From assembly GCA_003693705.1 (NCBI GenBank), contig RBZT01000703.1:34919-98918 (forward strand): DNA of 64,000 bases, in the 5' to 3' direction. The notes beneath the pieces were generated by a model. The model saw only the letters and a list, made by a program, of their open reading frames with translations, was not told the origin of the DNA and made no database searches. Both the position numbers and the translations under genes were made by a program. This stretch comes from Polymyxa betae A26-41 (taxonomy: Eukaryota; Protista; Endomyxa: Phytomyxea). Positions 63,563-64,000 of this stretch are shown piece by piece; the stretch's first letter is position 1, and each line of letters opens with the position of its first letter.

Positions 63563-63870
63563 TTCATATCCCTATTCTTATTGTTAGTTTCTCTCGAGCA
63601 CCATCGCAAATTACCTAATCTATTGTCCGTTCTTATCTTGTTGATGTGGTCTATCTCTTTCAGATGTTGGGGATTGGGGACGAACTGCGTCATCAGCAAT
63701 CGATGGATGTAGTGATTTCGCTTCCTCCCATTCTTATAAAGAGACACCCGCAAGTATCCGTCCTCGTTTGTCCAAGGTTTGATTACTATTCCATGGCTGT
63801 TTTTGATAATTCCCTTTTTATTGATTTTATATAGGTCTTCGTAGTTCTTTAAATCTACGTATCCTTTCAT
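63559..63870 (-). CDS. NUMOD4-HNH homing endonuclease (I-HmuI-like)
   Basis: YEDLYKINKKGII...DGYLRVSLYKNG (NUMOD4); YIHRLLMTQFVPNP...EIDHINKIRTDNRLGNLRWCSRETN (HNH). Confidence 0.93.
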   Translation of the reverse strand: MKGYVDLKNYEDLYKINKKGIIKNSHGIVIKPWTNEDGYLRVSLYKNGRKRNHYIHRLLMTQFVPNPQHLKEIDHINKIRTDNRLGNLRWCSRETNNKNRDMN

Positions 63871-64000
63871 TACTATTAACTACTAAAAAGACTGATAAAG
63901 TTTTTTCTCGACACCGACCATTATTCGTCCAGTTTATGACCATTTCCGGAGAGCGTTGGGTTGTTTTAGGGTTATTTTGCCTTTGTAATAATCGTCCAGC

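Larger units (their letters stand above)
63170..64000. mobile_element. Edge of an endogenous DNA virus-like or linear mobile element (continues beyond the window)
   Basis: AT-rich, intronless, tightly packed ORFs of phage/virus-type families; two convergent ORFs overlap at their stops (63559-63562). Confidence 0.75.

Noticed and set aside
63964-63971. TTTTAGGG telomere-like unit (also GGGTTTAGGG near 50603)
   Set aside because: Single units only; expected by chance.
1-64000. tRNA or rRNA genes
   Set aside because: The GGTTCG(A)-type hits I checked (e.g. ~14371, ~21028) lack cloverleaf context; no rRNA-like sequence seen.

Overview
Compact, intron-rich eukaryotic nuclear DNA: about 25 closely packed genes with many GT-AG introns, mostly 45-55 nt. 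An axonemal dynein implies a flagellated stage. Composition and gene style suggest a protist such as a phytomyxid/plasmodiophorid, but this is an unproven inference. Genes in order: alpha-tubulin (cut by the left edge), DNAJC11-like, mS38-like, cyclin-like, two membrane proteins, GPI8, ATP synthase OSCP, an SPX-ankyrin-CBM20-GDPD phosphodiesterase, kaptin-like, ISCU, a dead-RNA-ligase/polynucleotide-kinase fusion, a MIF4G protein, pescadillo, cytosolic MDH, a 15.6-kb DNAH6-like dynein heavy chain, mS22-like, DENND4-like, a frameshifted fucosyltransferase-like gene, a large coiled-coil protein, uL4m, a secreted mucin-like protein and a histidine phosphatase. Two regions are accessory. (i) 16.2-18.3 kb holds a small orphan ORF and an internally deleted mariner/Stowaway-type transposon. 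(ii) The last ~830 bp are AT-rich, intronless and virus-like. They carry a 5'-truncated protelomerase (telomere resolvase)-like tyrosine recombinase tail-to-tail with an intact NUMOD4-HNH endonuclease, next to a decayed host-type gene. This looks like the edge of an endogenous DNA virus or linear element and is the most interesting signal. Exon boundaries were read by eye; multi-exon genes are given as overall spans.
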